The translations under genes and the position numbers were made by a program. Below, in pieces: positions 1 to 9,261 of a DNA stretch of 32,000 nucleotides. The stretch comes from Planctomycetales bacterium (GTDB lineage: Bacteria; 4484-113; JAFGCY01). The DNA lies in contig CP060262.1 in NCBI GenBank assembly GCA_022646745.1, positions 1,260,001 through 1,292,000 on the forward strand. Reading direction: 5' to 3'. The notes under the pieces are model-generated. The model was not told the DNA's origin. It saw only the letters and a list, made by a program, of their open reading frames with translations, and ran no database searches. Within the stretch, counting starts at the first letter, position 1. Each line of letters begins with the position of its first letter.

Positions 1-84
1 GGCCTATGGTTCGGTGAACAGACCCGGGCCCGCTGGTTGCCTTCCGCAATGGTGGTGGCCGGAGCTGCCATGCTGCTTGCCTGA
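1..84 (+). CDS. 3' end of an upstream gene (partial, hydrophobic C-terminal tail)
   Basis: Frame 1 is open from the window edge to TGA at 82-84 (..GLWFGEQTRARWLPSAMVVAGAAMLLA*). Third positions are mostly G/C. Too short to assign a function. Confidence 0.3.
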   Translation, partial: GLWFGEQTRARWLPSAMVVAGAAMLLA

Positions 85-156
85 AATGGCAGATCTGGCC
101 TAAAATCAGGACAGGGAGTGTCGCATTGCGGCACAAGAGGAAGAACGGAGGCGCAC

Positions 157-1527
157 ATGACTGCACTGCGAGGCAGCCTGATCGGGGCGGCTATGGCCGC
201 GCTGCTGGCAACACCGGCACTGGCCGGCAATGGCATCGAGGACATCGGCACCACCATCCGTGAACTGGGGCGCGGCGGCACCTTCATCGGTGCCGAGGGC
301 GAGGTCGGTTCGATGATGGGCAACCCGGCCGCCCTGGCCTGGCTGCGGGAGTCCGAGTTCTACCTCGACGGCCGGCTCTGGCAGTCGCAGCTGGACTACA
401 GCGGAGCGCTCAACGGCATCGGGCAGAAGGAGAACTACGTAGTTCCCAACATCGGCTATGCCGCTCCGGTGGACTGCCGCCTGAGCTGGGGCCTTGGTGT
501 GTTCACCACCGTCAACTCATCCTTCAGGGTGACGGACTACGACCTGAGCCTGCTTGGTGCCCCGGCCGGGACCACGGACCGCAGCAGCACTAAGGTGCGC
601 TTCGCCGTGATCACCCCTTCCATAGCCTACAAGCTCAGTGACGACACTGCCATCGGCGCTTCGCTGCATTACACCAACGGCAGCGCGGACTTCCAGGGCT
701 ACAACATCCTCGGGGATACCCTGGGCTACAGCCTGAACGGCCCGAGTGGTTCCGGCCATATGCTGCGGCTTGGCCTGTCCCACCGTGCAGATGAGCAGAC
801 CACGCTCGGAGCCTATTGGCGCAGCCGCAGCCACCTCGACATCAGCGGTGGCGACCTCGCCTTCGGTGCGCTGACACCGACGCCGGGCGTTGTCATCCCG
901 GAGACGGGCATCGAGGGCTTCCAGTTCCCCGAGCAGTACGGTGTCGGCATCCGGCATGAGGCTGACGAGGAATGGACCTGGATGGCGGACTACCGCAGGC
1001 TGCTGTGGAGCGGCAGCGGTGAGACGATCAGCTTCGTGCCGTCGCAGGGACCGCCGCTTGGTCTTGCAATGGACTGGAGCGACCAGGATGTGTACGCGCT
1101 CGGCGCGGAGTACAGCCCGGGCTGCGGCGACGACACCTGGCGCTTCGGCCTGAATTACGCGGCCTCCCCGGTGCCGGACAGCACGCTCAGCCCGCTCTAT
1201 CCTGCTATCAGTGAATGGCATTACACGATGGGCTGGGAGGGTGAAGTCGCTGACAACCTGAGCCTGCTGACCGGCGCGGTCTATTCACCGTCCGTCAGCC
1301 GCAGCTCGGCAGTTGGCAATCCGTTCAATGACCTGCTGGGCATGGGCCAGCCGTTCCAGCTGAGCCTTGACAACCTGGAACTCGGCATCGGCCTGAGCTG
1401 GAAGCTGGGCAGCGGCGGTTCGGGCCGCAGCACGGTTGACAACGACTGCGATGGCTGCCATTGCAAGGAATGCTGCGACTGCGAATGCGGCTGCGGGGCG
1501 GAAGGCTACGCCGCACTGTCAGAGTAG
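157..1527 (+). CDS. FadL/OMPP1/TodX-like outer-membrane beta-barrel protein with a C-terminal Cys-rich extension
   Basis: ORF 118..1527. The ATG at 157 lies 5 nt after ACGGAGG (145-151). Signal peptide MTALRGSLIGAAMAALLATPALA. The N-terminal segment ..GRGGTFIGAEGEVGSMMGNPAALAWL resembles the NPA-containing hatch of FadL-family transporters. The body has an amphipathic beta-strand-like pattern and ends ..LGIGLSWKL before a Gly/Ser linker and a Cys cluster. Confidence 0.75.
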   Translation: MTALRGSLIGAAMAALLATPALAGNGIEDIGTTIRELGRGGTFIGAEGEVGSMMGNPAALAWLRESEFYLDGRLWQSQLDYSGALNGIGQKENYVVPNIGYAAPVDCRLSWGLGVFTTVNSSFRVTDYDLSLLGAPAGTTDRSSTKVRFAVITPSIAYKLSDDTAIGASLHYTNGSADFQGYNILGDTLGYSLNGPSGSGHMLRLGLSHRADEQTTLGAYWRSRSHLDISGGDLAFGALTPTPGVVIPETGIEGFQFPEQYGVGIRHEADEEWTWMADYRRLLWSGSGETISFVPSQGPPLGLAMDWSDQDVYALGAEYSPGCGDDTWRFGLNYAASPVPDSTLSPLYPAISEWHYTMGWEGEVADNLSLLTGAVYSPSVSRSSAVGNPFNDLLGMGQPFQLSLDNLELGIGLSWKLGSGGSGRSTVDNDCDGCHCKECCDCECGCGAEGYAALSE

Positions 1528-1646
1528 GGAAGCTGCGATCCCGCGGGGCGGGACTGTCGCACAATGGTCCTCTGACTCCGGCAGTAACTGAATCCGGCCA
1601 CTTATCAGGCAGGTAACATTCATGGCCGCTGCTGCATCCATTCAGC

Positions 1647-2039
1647 ATGGGTGACGCTGCGTGGATGCTGGGCACGACGGTGCTGCTGCAATACTTCATC
1701 TGGCTGGCAATTGAGCCGCGCACCCGCAGTTACGAGGGTTTCGTCTGGTCGATCCTGCACGCAATCCTGATCGGTGTGCTGAGCATGCCGTTGTACGGAT
1801 TCCTGTCATACACGGGGTGCTACTTCGGCCCGCCACCGGCGGCCTGGTGGGTGAATGCCAGCCTGCCGGCGATGTGCTTCAGCCTGTTCCTGGTGGCGAT
1901 GCTGGTCAGCGCATTCTCGCGTACACGCTGGGTCAGGCTGCAGGGGCTGATCCTTGGCCTGGCATGCTGCAGCTGGGCGGTGGTCTGGCACCTGCCCTTC
2001 CTGTACTTGTACCTCTTCGTTGAACCGCGCTTCAGGTGA
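1647..2039 (+). CDS. hypothetical integral membrane protein (about 4 TM segments)
   Basis: 130-aa ORF with strong G/C third-position bias and four hydrophobic stretches (e.g. WSILHAILIGVLSMPLYGFL, ASLPAMCFSLFLVAMLVSAF). No recognisable family. Confidence 0.6.
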   Translation: MGDAAWMLGTTVLLQYFIWLAIEPRTRSYEGFVWSILHAILIGVLSMPLYGFLSYTGCYFGPPPAAWWVNASLPAMCFSLFLVAMLVSAFSRTRWVRLQGLILGLACCSWAVVWHLPFLYLYLFVEPRFR

Positions 2040-2160
2040 GATGCCTGCCACAGCGATTGATGCGCTTGCCAATCAGATGCGAGAAGGCATTGCAGGCCGT
2101 GCGCAGGGGTATGTAGCTCCAAGAGCTACTTGGCCTTGTCGGTCATAGACCGACACACCG

Positions 2161-3516
2161 CTAAACCAGCTTGAAAACCTTGCGCTTGCCAACCTTCAGC
2201 ACGACGCCCGGCTTGTGCTCATACGTTGCCATCTTGTCTGTCACGGCTTCATCGTCAAGCTTGACGGCACCGCTTTCAATCAGGCGCTGGGCTTCCTTCT
2301 TGGACGGCGCGGCATCGAGGTGCACGATCAGGTCGGCGAGCTTTGCATCGGCCTTCATCTCAGCCGGGACTGCCACTTCGGGGATGTCCTCTTCGGCAAA
2401 GCTCTTCTCCTGCACGGTGCGCTGGAAGTGTGCGGCCGCTTCTTCAGCTGCCTCCTCGCCGTTGTACATCGCCGTGATCCGGGTTGCCACCCACTTCTTG
2501 ACTTCCATCGGCTCGCTGTCAATCCGCGCCTTCCACTCATCCTTGAGATCCTTCGGCCCCTCGAGTGCGATGTCGATGTAATGCGCGATCATTTCGTCGG
2601 TGATGCGCATCACCTTGCCGAACATATCCTCCGGCTTCTCCAGCACATCAATCGTATTGCCCCAGCTCTTGGACATCTTGCGTCCGTCGGTGCCCATCAG
2701 GAGCGGGAAGGTCAGCATCACATGCGGACCTTTCACGGCGGTGCCGGTCTGTGGCTGCTCCGCCGCCAGCGGATGTGGCTGGCCTGCGAGGATGTCTCCG
2801 CTGTCAGGGTGGTGCCGTTCGGCGAAGTACTTCTGCAGGATGCGTCCGGCCAGCAGGTTGAAGTGCTGGTCGTAACCGCCGACCTGCACATCGCAGTTCA
2901 GCGCGAAGGCGTCATAGCCCTGCATCAGCGAGTAGAAGCATTCGTGCAGGCGCACGCCGGCGCCGCTGTCGAGCCGGTCACGGAAATCCTGGCGGGCGAT
3001 GATCTGGCTCAGGGGGAACTGTGCGGCGATCTCCGTCGTCTCGGCGAAACTCAGCCTGCCGAGCCATTCACCGTTGAAGCGAATTTCAGTATTATCGGGG
3101 TCCAGCAGGCGGTGCGCCTGGCCGGTGTAGAACTTCGCCATCTCCATCACATCATCATGGGTAAGGCGCTTGCGCTCAGAACTCTGCCCGGTGGGGTCGC
3201 CGATCATCGCCGTGTAGTCACCGATCAGGAAGATGACCTGGTGCCCAAGCGTCTGGAAGCGGCGCAGCTTGACCACCGGCACCATATGGCCGATATGCAG
3301 GCTGGTGCGTGTCGGATCGGCACCGATATATATGCGCAGCGGTTCGCCGGTCTTAGCGCTGCGCTCCAGCTTCTTCTTCATCTCGCCACGCATCTGCGCG
3401 CGGATGCCGGATTCGCCGCTGTCCTGCCCCTGCCTGAGCGAGGCCTCATCTGCGAAGTAGCTGCCTTCGAAGAGGAAGTCCAGCTGCTGTTCGATTGTCA
3501 TGCCTGATGTATCCAT
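2161..3516 (-). CDS. tyrS: tyrosine--tRNA ligase
   Basis: Class I motifs HIGH (SLHIGHMVPV) and KMSKS (GRKMSKSWGN), GGYDQHFNLLAGR, and a C-terminal S4-like domain (KKEAQRLIESGAVKLDDEAV). The ORF track runs to 3756, but its first 80 aa are Arg-rich and overlap the divergent gene. I take the ATG at 3516 (MDTSGMTIEQQ); the ATG at 3501 is an alternative. Confidence 0.93.
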   Translation of the reverse strand: MDTSGMTIEQQLDFLFEGSYFADEASLRQGQDSGESGIRAQMRGEMKKKLERSAKTGEPLRIYIGADPTRTSLHIGHMVPVVKLRRFQTLGHQVIFLIGDYTAMIGDPTGQSSERKRLTHDDVMEMAKFYTGQAHRLLDPDNTEIRFNGEWLGRLSFAETTEIAAQFPLSQIIARQDFRDRLDSGAGVRLHECFYSLMQGYDAFALNCDVQVGGYDQHFNLLAGRILQKYFAERHHPDSGDILAGQPHPLAAEQPQTGTAVKGPHVMLTFPLLMGTDGRKMSKSWGNTIDVLEKPEDMFGKVMRITDEMIAHYIDIALEGPKDLKDEWKARIDSEPMEVKKWVATRITAMYNGEEAAEEAAAHFQRTVQEKSFAEEDIPEVAVPAEMKADAKLADLIVHLDAAPSKKEAQRLIESGAVKLDDEAVTDKMATYEHKPGVVLKVGKRKVFKLV

Positions 3517-3591
3517 AGTTGCCGTCCAGCGGATGCAGCCCGCATCCGTGCCGGATATGATACCGCCGGGTCTGCCCAGCTGCCGCTCCTT

Positions 3592-3597
3592 TATAAT
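3592..3597 (+). promoter_or_regulatory. candidate -10 box (TATAAT) for the 3630 lipoprotein gene
   Basis: Perfect TATAAT in the tyrS/lipoprotein divergent intergenic region, about 32 nt upstream of the ATG at 3630. No clear -35 element. Confidence 0.35.
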
Positions 3598-3629
3598 GGG
3601 TGAGGTTAAAGACCCGGAGTGTGCATCAG

Positions 3630-4220
3630 ATGAGATACCTTTCAGTATTGTGCCTGTTGTTGATTGCGCTTCTGGCCTCCGCCTGCCCCCAGGGAGCTGG
3701 CGACCAGGCTGGTTCGAGCGCTGCCCCTGCCGGTTCCGCATCCTCCGGTGCCGCATCCGTTGATGCCGATGATTCCAGCGCCGGGGATACGGTTTCCACT
3801 GAGAGCGATGCTGAGGCTATCGCCCGGGCGCATGGCACACCGGTAAATGGCAGTGACGATGCCGATGCGGACAAGCCTGTCAATCCCGCCGCCGTTGGCG
3901 AAGAGGCTGAAGCCGCCATGCAGGTGGTGCGCGACATGGCCAAGTACCTTGTCACGGGCGAGCGTGATTCCTTCATCGCCTGCTTCCACCCGGAATCCCC
4001 TGAACTGGAGGAGATGACCGGGATGTTTGACAGCAAGCAGGGCAGCATCACTGCCGTGCAGGTCGTCAACCTGGAGGTCAAGGAAGCAATGAAGGGCTTC
4101 GCAATGGTTGACTACGAATTCAGCATCTCGGAGAGCGGTAAGGAAGCAGAGACCGAGTCCGGCAGCATGGAGCTGCGCCAGGCCGAGGACGGCCATTGGC
4201 AGATCTACGACCTGGACTGA
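3630..4220 (+). CDS. lipoprotein, low-complexity linker plus small globular C-terminal domain (NTF2-like by guess)
   Basis: The ATG at 3630 gives MRYLSVLCLLLIALLASAC (signal peptide plus lipobox-like LASAC). An Ala/Ser/Asp-rich linker follows, then an ordered domain of about 110 aa. GGAG lies about 10 nt upstream. Confidence 0.7.
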   Translation: MRYLSVLCLLLIALLASACPQGAGDQAGSSAAPAGSASSGAASVDADDSSAGDTVSTESDAEAIARAHGTPVNGSDDADADKPVNPAAVGEEAEAAMQVVRDMAKYLVTGERDSFIACFHPESPELEEMTGMFDSKQGSITAVQVVNLEVKEAMKGFAMVDYEFSISESGKEAETESGSMELRQAEDGHWQIYDLD

Positions 4221-4259
4221 GTCCGGTCTGATCCTCAGTACTTTCCACAGGGACCAGTC

Positions 4260-5906
4260 ATGAGGTACTTACTTGCGTTGACAACGGCAATCGCCGTCTG
4301 CTGCTGTGCATCGTGTGCCGGGCGGACGGAGCTGGCTGCGGATTCCCAGCTGCCGCCCAACGCCCTGCAGGATGCCTGGCAGGACCAGCTGCCCCCGCTG
4401 CCCCCGCAGCGCTCCTCGAGTGGTACTTCCGTTTCCGAGCGTGTCGGCAGCAACTACCTCGTGAAGAGCAGCAATGCGATCGAGGATGGCAACCGGCTCG
4501 ACCTGCTGAGCGGGTCGAACAGCATGGCCTGGGCCTACTGGCAGTACACCGGCGGGCCGCGCGCCGTCACCAGCCTCGAGTTCGTGATGGACGTGCCGGC
4601 TGACAATCAATACTTTGTCGCAGTGCCTGACTACCGCAGTGGCCGCTGGCAGTTCCGCGGGCCATTCGACAGCGGCCGGATATTCCGGGCTGACAACTTC
4701 GACTTCTACTCACCTGGCGGGGACTTCTACGCGCTGGCGCTGACCGCCGGTGGCAACAAGGCCAGTGTGGCTGCCGTCAATGTGACCACGGAGGACAACT
4801 GGCAGTGCATCACCCTCCGTCCGGATGTGTCTGTCAACACGCAGCCCCTGGTGGAGATTGTGGATGGCAAACCGGTCGTGGTCTGGTATGACAAGGACAC
4901 GGATGCCTTCCGCATCCTGCGCAGCAGCACGATGTTCGGCGAGGACCCGTCGGACTGGAATGAGCAGATCTGGCTGTTCACTGGCGACAAGTTCGTGCGC
5001 TACACGGATATGGCAATCATCAACGGCAAGCCAGCCGTAACATTCAGTGATGGTGACAGCCACGACCTGAATTACTTCCGCGAGGGCATGGATGACTACA
5101 TCGTGCTCAGCGGCGACCTGAATGCATCGGGCGGCCGCAGCAGCCTGCTGGAAGTGGACGGGCACGCCGCGATCAGCTACCGAGATGGTTCCGGTGGTGA
5201 CAACAGCCAGGGCGCACTGGTATATATGCGCAGCGGCACTCCGAACGGCCTGCAGGGAGAGGACTGGGAAAGCCGCGTCACGGTCTACGGTGCCAACCAG
5301 GGCTTTGACAAACCGGACATGCAGATTGTCAGCGGCCATCCGGCGATCGCCGCATTCGACTACAGCTTCGAGAACGTGATGTACTGCTGGACCACGGACA
5401 CTGACGGTATGACAGCGGAGAACTGGAAGAACCGCACACTCTATACCAGCAATGACAACCCGGAGTTCATCAACCTGCATGTACTGGACCAGTATCCGGC
5501 AATCGCCTTCAAGGATGCCAAGAACGGTGAGGAGCTCTGGTTCCTGCAGGCTGCGGTGGCGGACCCCGGCGATGAGCTCAATGACTGGAACAGTCCCTTC
5601 GTGATTGACAGCACCGGCAACGTTGGCCAGGGCACAAGCCTGTCAAGCATCAACGGCCGGCCCTTCATCTCCTACCTGAAGGACGGAAGTGGCTCGGAAC
5701 TGCGCTATGCAATCTCCAACACGCTCAATGGCATCCAGGGCAGCTGGCAGAAAGGACTCGTCGAGGATGAGAATGTGCAGAGTTCCACGCTCTACACGAA
5801 AGCGCTGAGTATTGAAGGCCGGATGGTCATCTGCTTCCTGGAATACAACGGCAGTGACATCCGGAATATCAACTGGTGCTGGCGCGAGGCCGGCGGACTG
5901 GAGTAG
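4260..5906 (+). CDS. lipoprotein: shared N-terminal module plus seven-repeat beta-propeller-like domain
   Basis: MRYLLALTTAIAVCCCASCAG (signal/lipobox). aa 64-178 form the module shared with the 6040 and 12872 proteins (..MAWAYWQY..FVAVPDYRSGRWQF..YALALTAGG..). Seven repeats of the pattern x-G-x-P-x-I-x-[FY]-x-D-(n)-L-x-Y follow (GKPVVVWYDK, GKPAVTFSDG, GHAAISYRDG, GHPAIAAFDY, QYPAIAFKDA, GRPFISYLKD, GRMVICFLEY). Confidence 0.8.
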   Translation: MRYLLALTTAIAVCCCASCAGRTELAADSQLPPNALQDAWQDQLPPLPPQRSSSGTSVSERVGSNYLVKSSNAIEDGNRLDLLSGSNSMAWAYWQYTGGPRAVTSLEFVMDVPADNQYFVAVPDYRSGRWQFRGPFDSGRIFRADNFDFYSPGGDFYALALTAGGNKASVAAVNVTTEDNWQCITLRPDVSVNTQPLVEIVDGKPVVVWYDKDTDAFRILRSSTMFGEDPSDWNEQIWLFTGDKFVRYTDMAIINGKPAVTFSDGDSHDLNYFREGMDDYIVLSGDLNASGGRSSLLEVDGHAAISYRDGSGGDNSQGALVYMRSGTPNGLQGEDWESRVTVYGANQGFDKPDMQIVSGHPAIAAFDYSFENVMYCWTTDTDGMTAENWKNRTLYTSNDNPEFINLHVLDQYPAIAFKDAKNGEELWFLQAAVADPGDELNDWNSPFVIDSTGNVGQGTSLSSINGRPFISYLKDGSGSELRYAISNTLNGIQGSWQKGLVEDENVQSSTLYTKALSIEGRMVICFLEYNGSDIRNINWCWREAGGLE

Positions 5907-6039
5907 CGACTGGCAGATGGTTGAATCCGAATCAATCGACCCCATGCGCGGTCCTATTGGTTAGGATCTGAGCGGATGAAACTCCTCGGGCGAATGAGTG
6001 CTCAGATGATTACCGGGAGCCATCCGGCGGAGCAATGCA

Positions 6040-8100
6040 TTGTCCTATGTTCTGTTGTTCGGTCGAGTTCTGGCGACACTGGCCCTGATATGCCTGTCAT
6101 GCACTTGCGGGGATTCAGCATCTCTGCTGGCTGCGTCTGACGCGCCTCACGCAGAAAGCCTGCTGCCAGGATCAGTGGTCCTGCCTGCTCCTTCCGCCCT
6201 TGAATCAGTTGACGACGGGATTCTGGATCCGGCCGGCCGGCAGGCCAGCAATCTTGATCTGGAGTTGCTTGACGGAGCCCCCCTGATTGAAGCGAGCGGA
6301 GTTGCAAACTGGTCGGTTGGCAGCCTCAACCTTGAACCGGCAGGCGAACTGGACTTGGCATGGGCGATCTTCAGGGCATCCGGCCTGGACTCGGATGGAT
6401 CAGCGATCCCACTTTCCATCCAGCTTGAGACCGACAAGCCAGGCTGGCTTGCAATCAGCGATTATTCCCGCAATCGCTGGCGGATCATCTCCTTCAGCGG
6501 CAGTGGCGGAATACCTCTGGCGAATGGAGATGAACTGGTTTCCACGGCAGGGCATTGCCATGTTGCCGTGCTGGCATGGCAGGACGGACTGGACCTGACA
6601 TCCCTGGTACTGACCAGCAACCAGCAGCCTGCGGAGCCGTTGTTGAATGAAGGCGAGATGCTGGGCGTGAACATGGAGCGCATCGGTGACAGTGCCAGGG
6701 CATGGAGTTTTGTGGATGTGTTCAAATGTTCGCGGGCTTTTACTTCAACCACTGCCGGCGGGGCACCAGATGCACGCCCGCTTGACCTGGACGAGCATGG
6801 CTGGGTGAAGTCCCTGCAGTCCGGTCAGGCAGCGACTGCAATCTTCCTCAACTCACAGATGGGGAACTATCCTGCCGGACAGTTCATCTGCCTGTACGAG
6901 GGAAGTGGCAGCATCCTGGCGGTTGGCGATGTGAGCATTGCTTCGCAGACGCCGGGGCGCATCGTGCTGGACTATGCACCAACTGCCGGTGGTCGGGCTG
7001 CCCTGCGCGTTACCAGCACAGATCCGAAGGATTACATACGTGGGATCCATGTCGTGTTTCCCGAGTATGAAGTGGACTATGACAGCCAGATTTTCCATCC
7101 GGATTTCCTGTCAAAGTTCAGTCCATTCAAAGTGGTGCGCTTCCTGAACTGGACTCGTAGCAACAATTCTCCGCTTGTGGAATGGGAGGAGCGGGGCCAT
7201 CTGGATCACCAGACCCAGGACAGCAACTATGGCGTCGCCCCGGAATACATCTGTGCACTCTGCAACCGGCTGCAGGCAGATGCGTGGGTGAATATCCCGC
7301 ACCTCGCCAGTGATGACTATGTTGCGAGCTATGCGCAATTCCTGCGCGACAACCTTGATCCTGGGCTGCGGGTGTTCGTGGAGCACAGCAATGAATTGTG
7401 GGGCGGTTTTGCCCAGGGCGATTATGCAGAGGCACAGGGACTCGCCGCCCAGCTCAGCGATGACCCGTACACGGCACGCATCCGCTGGCACAGCCAGAGA
7501 AGCGTGCGGATATTTGAGATCTTCGAGGAGTCATTTGCCGGCAGCGCTAGGTTGGTCAGGGTGATGGGAGCAGCGCATCACGATCCATTCACTCTTACGG
7601 AGGCACTCGACTGGCAGGATGCCTGGCAGCATGTCGATGTTGTGGCGACAGCACCATACATTGGTGGACGCCTCGGTGCTCCGGCTAATGCCGAGAACAC
7701 CAAGCTGCTGGACATCGCCGGAGTGATCCAGGCGATGGATGACGACAGTGTGCTTTCCGCGGGAAAGACGCTGGCGAACAGGGCGATCTGCGATGCACAC
7801 GGAGTCGGGTATGTTGCATATGAAGGAGGACAGGCGCTGTATGGGCAGGGTGGCTATGAGAACGACCCCGTGCTGGCAGCTCTATTCATCGCCACCAACA
7901 GGGACCCGGGCATGCGGCAGCTGTATTTCGACCATCACAAGCGCTGGCATGACAATGGAGGAGGGTTGTTCATGGCCTTCACATACATCGGTCTGTACAG
8001 CGGAAGCGGATGCTGGGGCATCTTCGAGACCCAGCAGCAGGATACCCAATCCTCGTTCAAGTACCTTGGCCTGCTGGACTACGACGCAACATTGCCATGA
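6040..8100 (+). CDS. lipoprotein: shared N-terminal module plus putative clan-GH-A-like (TIM-barrel) glycoside hydrolase domain
   Basis: TTG start at 6040 (uncertain). Signal/lipobox ..LATLALICLSC. aa 70-192 form the shared module (..LAWAIFRA..WLAISDYSRNRWRI..HVAVLAWQ..). The C-terminal 450 aa contain VFVEHSNELWGG (Asn-Glu at 7390-7395, a typical acid/base strand) and YVAYEGGQ (Glu at 7822-7824, a candidate nucleophile). GH family not identified. Confidence 0.7.
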   Translation: MSYVLLFGRVLATLALICLSCTCGDSASLLAASDAPHAESLLPGSVVLPAPSALESVDDGILDPAGRQASNLDLELLDGAPLIEASGVANWSVGSLNLEPAGELDLAWAIFRASGLDSDGSAIPLSIQLETDKPGWLAISDYSRNRWRIISFSGSGGIPLANGDELVSTAGHCHVAVLAWQDGLDLTSLVLTSNQQPAEPLLNEGEMLGVNMERIGDSARAWSFVDVFKCSRAFTSTTAGGAPDARPLDLDEHGWVKSLQSGQAATAIFLNSQMGNYPAGQFICLYEGSGSILAVGDVSIASQTPGRIVLDYAPTAGGRAALRVTSTDPKDYIRGIHVVFPEYEVDYDSQIFHPDFLSKFSPFKVVRFLNWTRSNNSPLVEWEERGHLDHQTQDSNYGVAPEYICALCNRLQADAWVNIPHLASDDYVASYAQFLRDNLDPGLRVFVEHSNELWGGFAQGDYAEAQGLAAQLSDDPYTARIRWHSQRSVRIFEIFEESFAGSARLVRVMGAAHHDPFTLTEALDWQDAWQHVDVVATAPYIGGRLGAPANAENTKLLDIAGVIQAMDDDSVLSAGKTLANRAICDAHGVGYVAYEGGQALYGQGGYENDPVLAALFIATNRDPGMRQLYFDHHKRWHDNGGGLFMAFTYIGLYSGSGCWGIFETQQQDTQSSFKYLGLLDYDATLP

Positions 8101-8174
8101 GCTCTTGAATCCCCCAGTTTGACAGGCCGATTCCGCAGGGTCATAATCTGCCTGTACTGCTGAGGTGGGACACC

Positions 8175-9227
8175 ATGCACAAAGCTACATTTGGCCTGAT
8201 AGCAGCACTGCTGGTGCTGCTTGTATCCTGCAACGAGGGAAACCCCGACAGCCAGTCGGCGCAGCTGGCACAATCGACTGCGCCAACGGCTGCCGCAGAA
8301 CCGGATGCATCAGTCACACTGGCGGATTCCTCCAACTCAAAAGCTGCAGCTGGGCAGCCTGAGCACCTCGGTTACTGCGTTGAATACTGCGCTTCCTGCG
8401 GTGAACACCGTGGCGAGAACACCGCACCGCCCCGTGACGAACCGGTGCGGATCAATTTCGACTTCATGGCAGTGCACTACAACGATGCTCCGGACGCGGA
8501 CATGTCAAAGCTGGACTTCGTACTCGTCGGACAGTGGCGCAACCGTGAGCGGATGAAGACCCACCTCTCGATGGACCACCGCGAGCAGGACAACTTCCCG
8601 ATCGTGGATGTCGGGTTGTGCAAGCTGCATGTCGAGCCCATGCTGTCCGAGGTGGTGGAGACGGCGATCCGCAACCGCAGTGGCAACGATTACAAGACCT
8701 ACGGCGCCTACATGGTGACGGTCACCGACCCAGACGGTGTACTTGTGGGCGAGTTCCCGCTTGATGGCAACGGAGAAGCGGGAGAGGCACAATGGCAGAA
8801 CACGAAGGAAAGCGTCTACCACGTCGGCAAGGCCTACAAGCGTGACAGCGACGAATGGCGTTACGACATCCGCCGCATGTCAGAGTTCCGCGAGCAGGAG
8901 TATGAAGCACCTGTGCTGTTCGGGCTGGTGTTCCGCAATGAGGGCAAGCTCAGCCATTCGGATGTGGCCCCGGACCATGGCACGCATGAGTACGTATTCC
9001 CGGCCGCCGGCGTTGACATCTACACTCCCGAGGCGATCCGCGCCGCCGGGCTGGCGGCAATCGAGCGTGAGAAGGCGGAGCGTGACGTGAAGCTGACTGC
9101 GAATGCAGGGGAGCTGCCGAAGCTCGAGCCGGCATTCATCGCGCGGGGCATTGGCGATGGAAACAAGGATCCGGGCAATGGCTACAGTCCGCCGGTCTAC
9201 GGCGGTGGCTGCGGCGGTGGTGGTTGA
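8175..9227 (+). CDS. hypothetical lipoprotein
   Basis: MHKATFGLIAALLVLLVSC (lipobox LVSC). GAGGTG lies 7 nt upstream and CATAAT further upstream. Coding-type third-position bias. No recognisable domain. Gly/Cys tail ..VYGGGCGGGG. Confidence 0.75.
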   Translation: MHKATFGLIAALLVLLVSCNEGNPDSQSAQLAQSTAPTAAAEPDASVTLADSSNSKAAAGQPEHLGYCVEYCASCGEHRGENTAPPRDEPVRINFDFMAVHYNDAPDADMSKLDFVLVGQWRNRERMKTHLSMDHREQDNFPIVDVGLCKLHVEPMLSEVVETAIRNRSGNDYKTYGAYMVTVTDPDGVLVGEFPLDGNGEAGEAQWQNTKESVYHVGKAYKRDSDEWRYDIRRMSEFREQEYEAPVLFGLVFRNEGKLSHSDVAPDHGTHEYVFPAAGVDIYTPEAIRAAGLAAIEREKAERDVKLTANAGELPKLEPAFIARGIGDGNKDPGNGYSPPVYGGGCGGGG

Positions 9228-9261
9228 AACTGATCAGCCGCTCCCGTGTGGAGCAGTCCTG

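Noticed and set aside
2113-2154. Two perfect 7-bp/3-nt-loop hairpins (GTAGCTC-caa-GAGCTAC and GTCGGTC-ata-GACCGAC) between the convergent genes 1647..2039 and tyrS, as possible bidirectional terminators.
   Set aside because: No U-tract follows on either strand and the loops are minimal. They may stabilise 3' ends, but the evidence is too weak to call terminators.
3517-3629. A possible T-box leader upstream of tyrS.
   Set aside because: The leader is only about 100 nt. I see no specifier loop/T-box (AGGGUGGNACCGCG-like) sequence and no terminator/antiterminator pair.
3517-3756. The N-terminal 80 aa of the tyrS track ORF (MRHRRMRNRQGQRS..).
   Set aside because: It is Arg-rich and low-complexity, overlaps the divergent lipoprotein gene and promoter region, and has no counterpart in TyrRS. 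Internal ATGs at 3516 or 3501 fit better.
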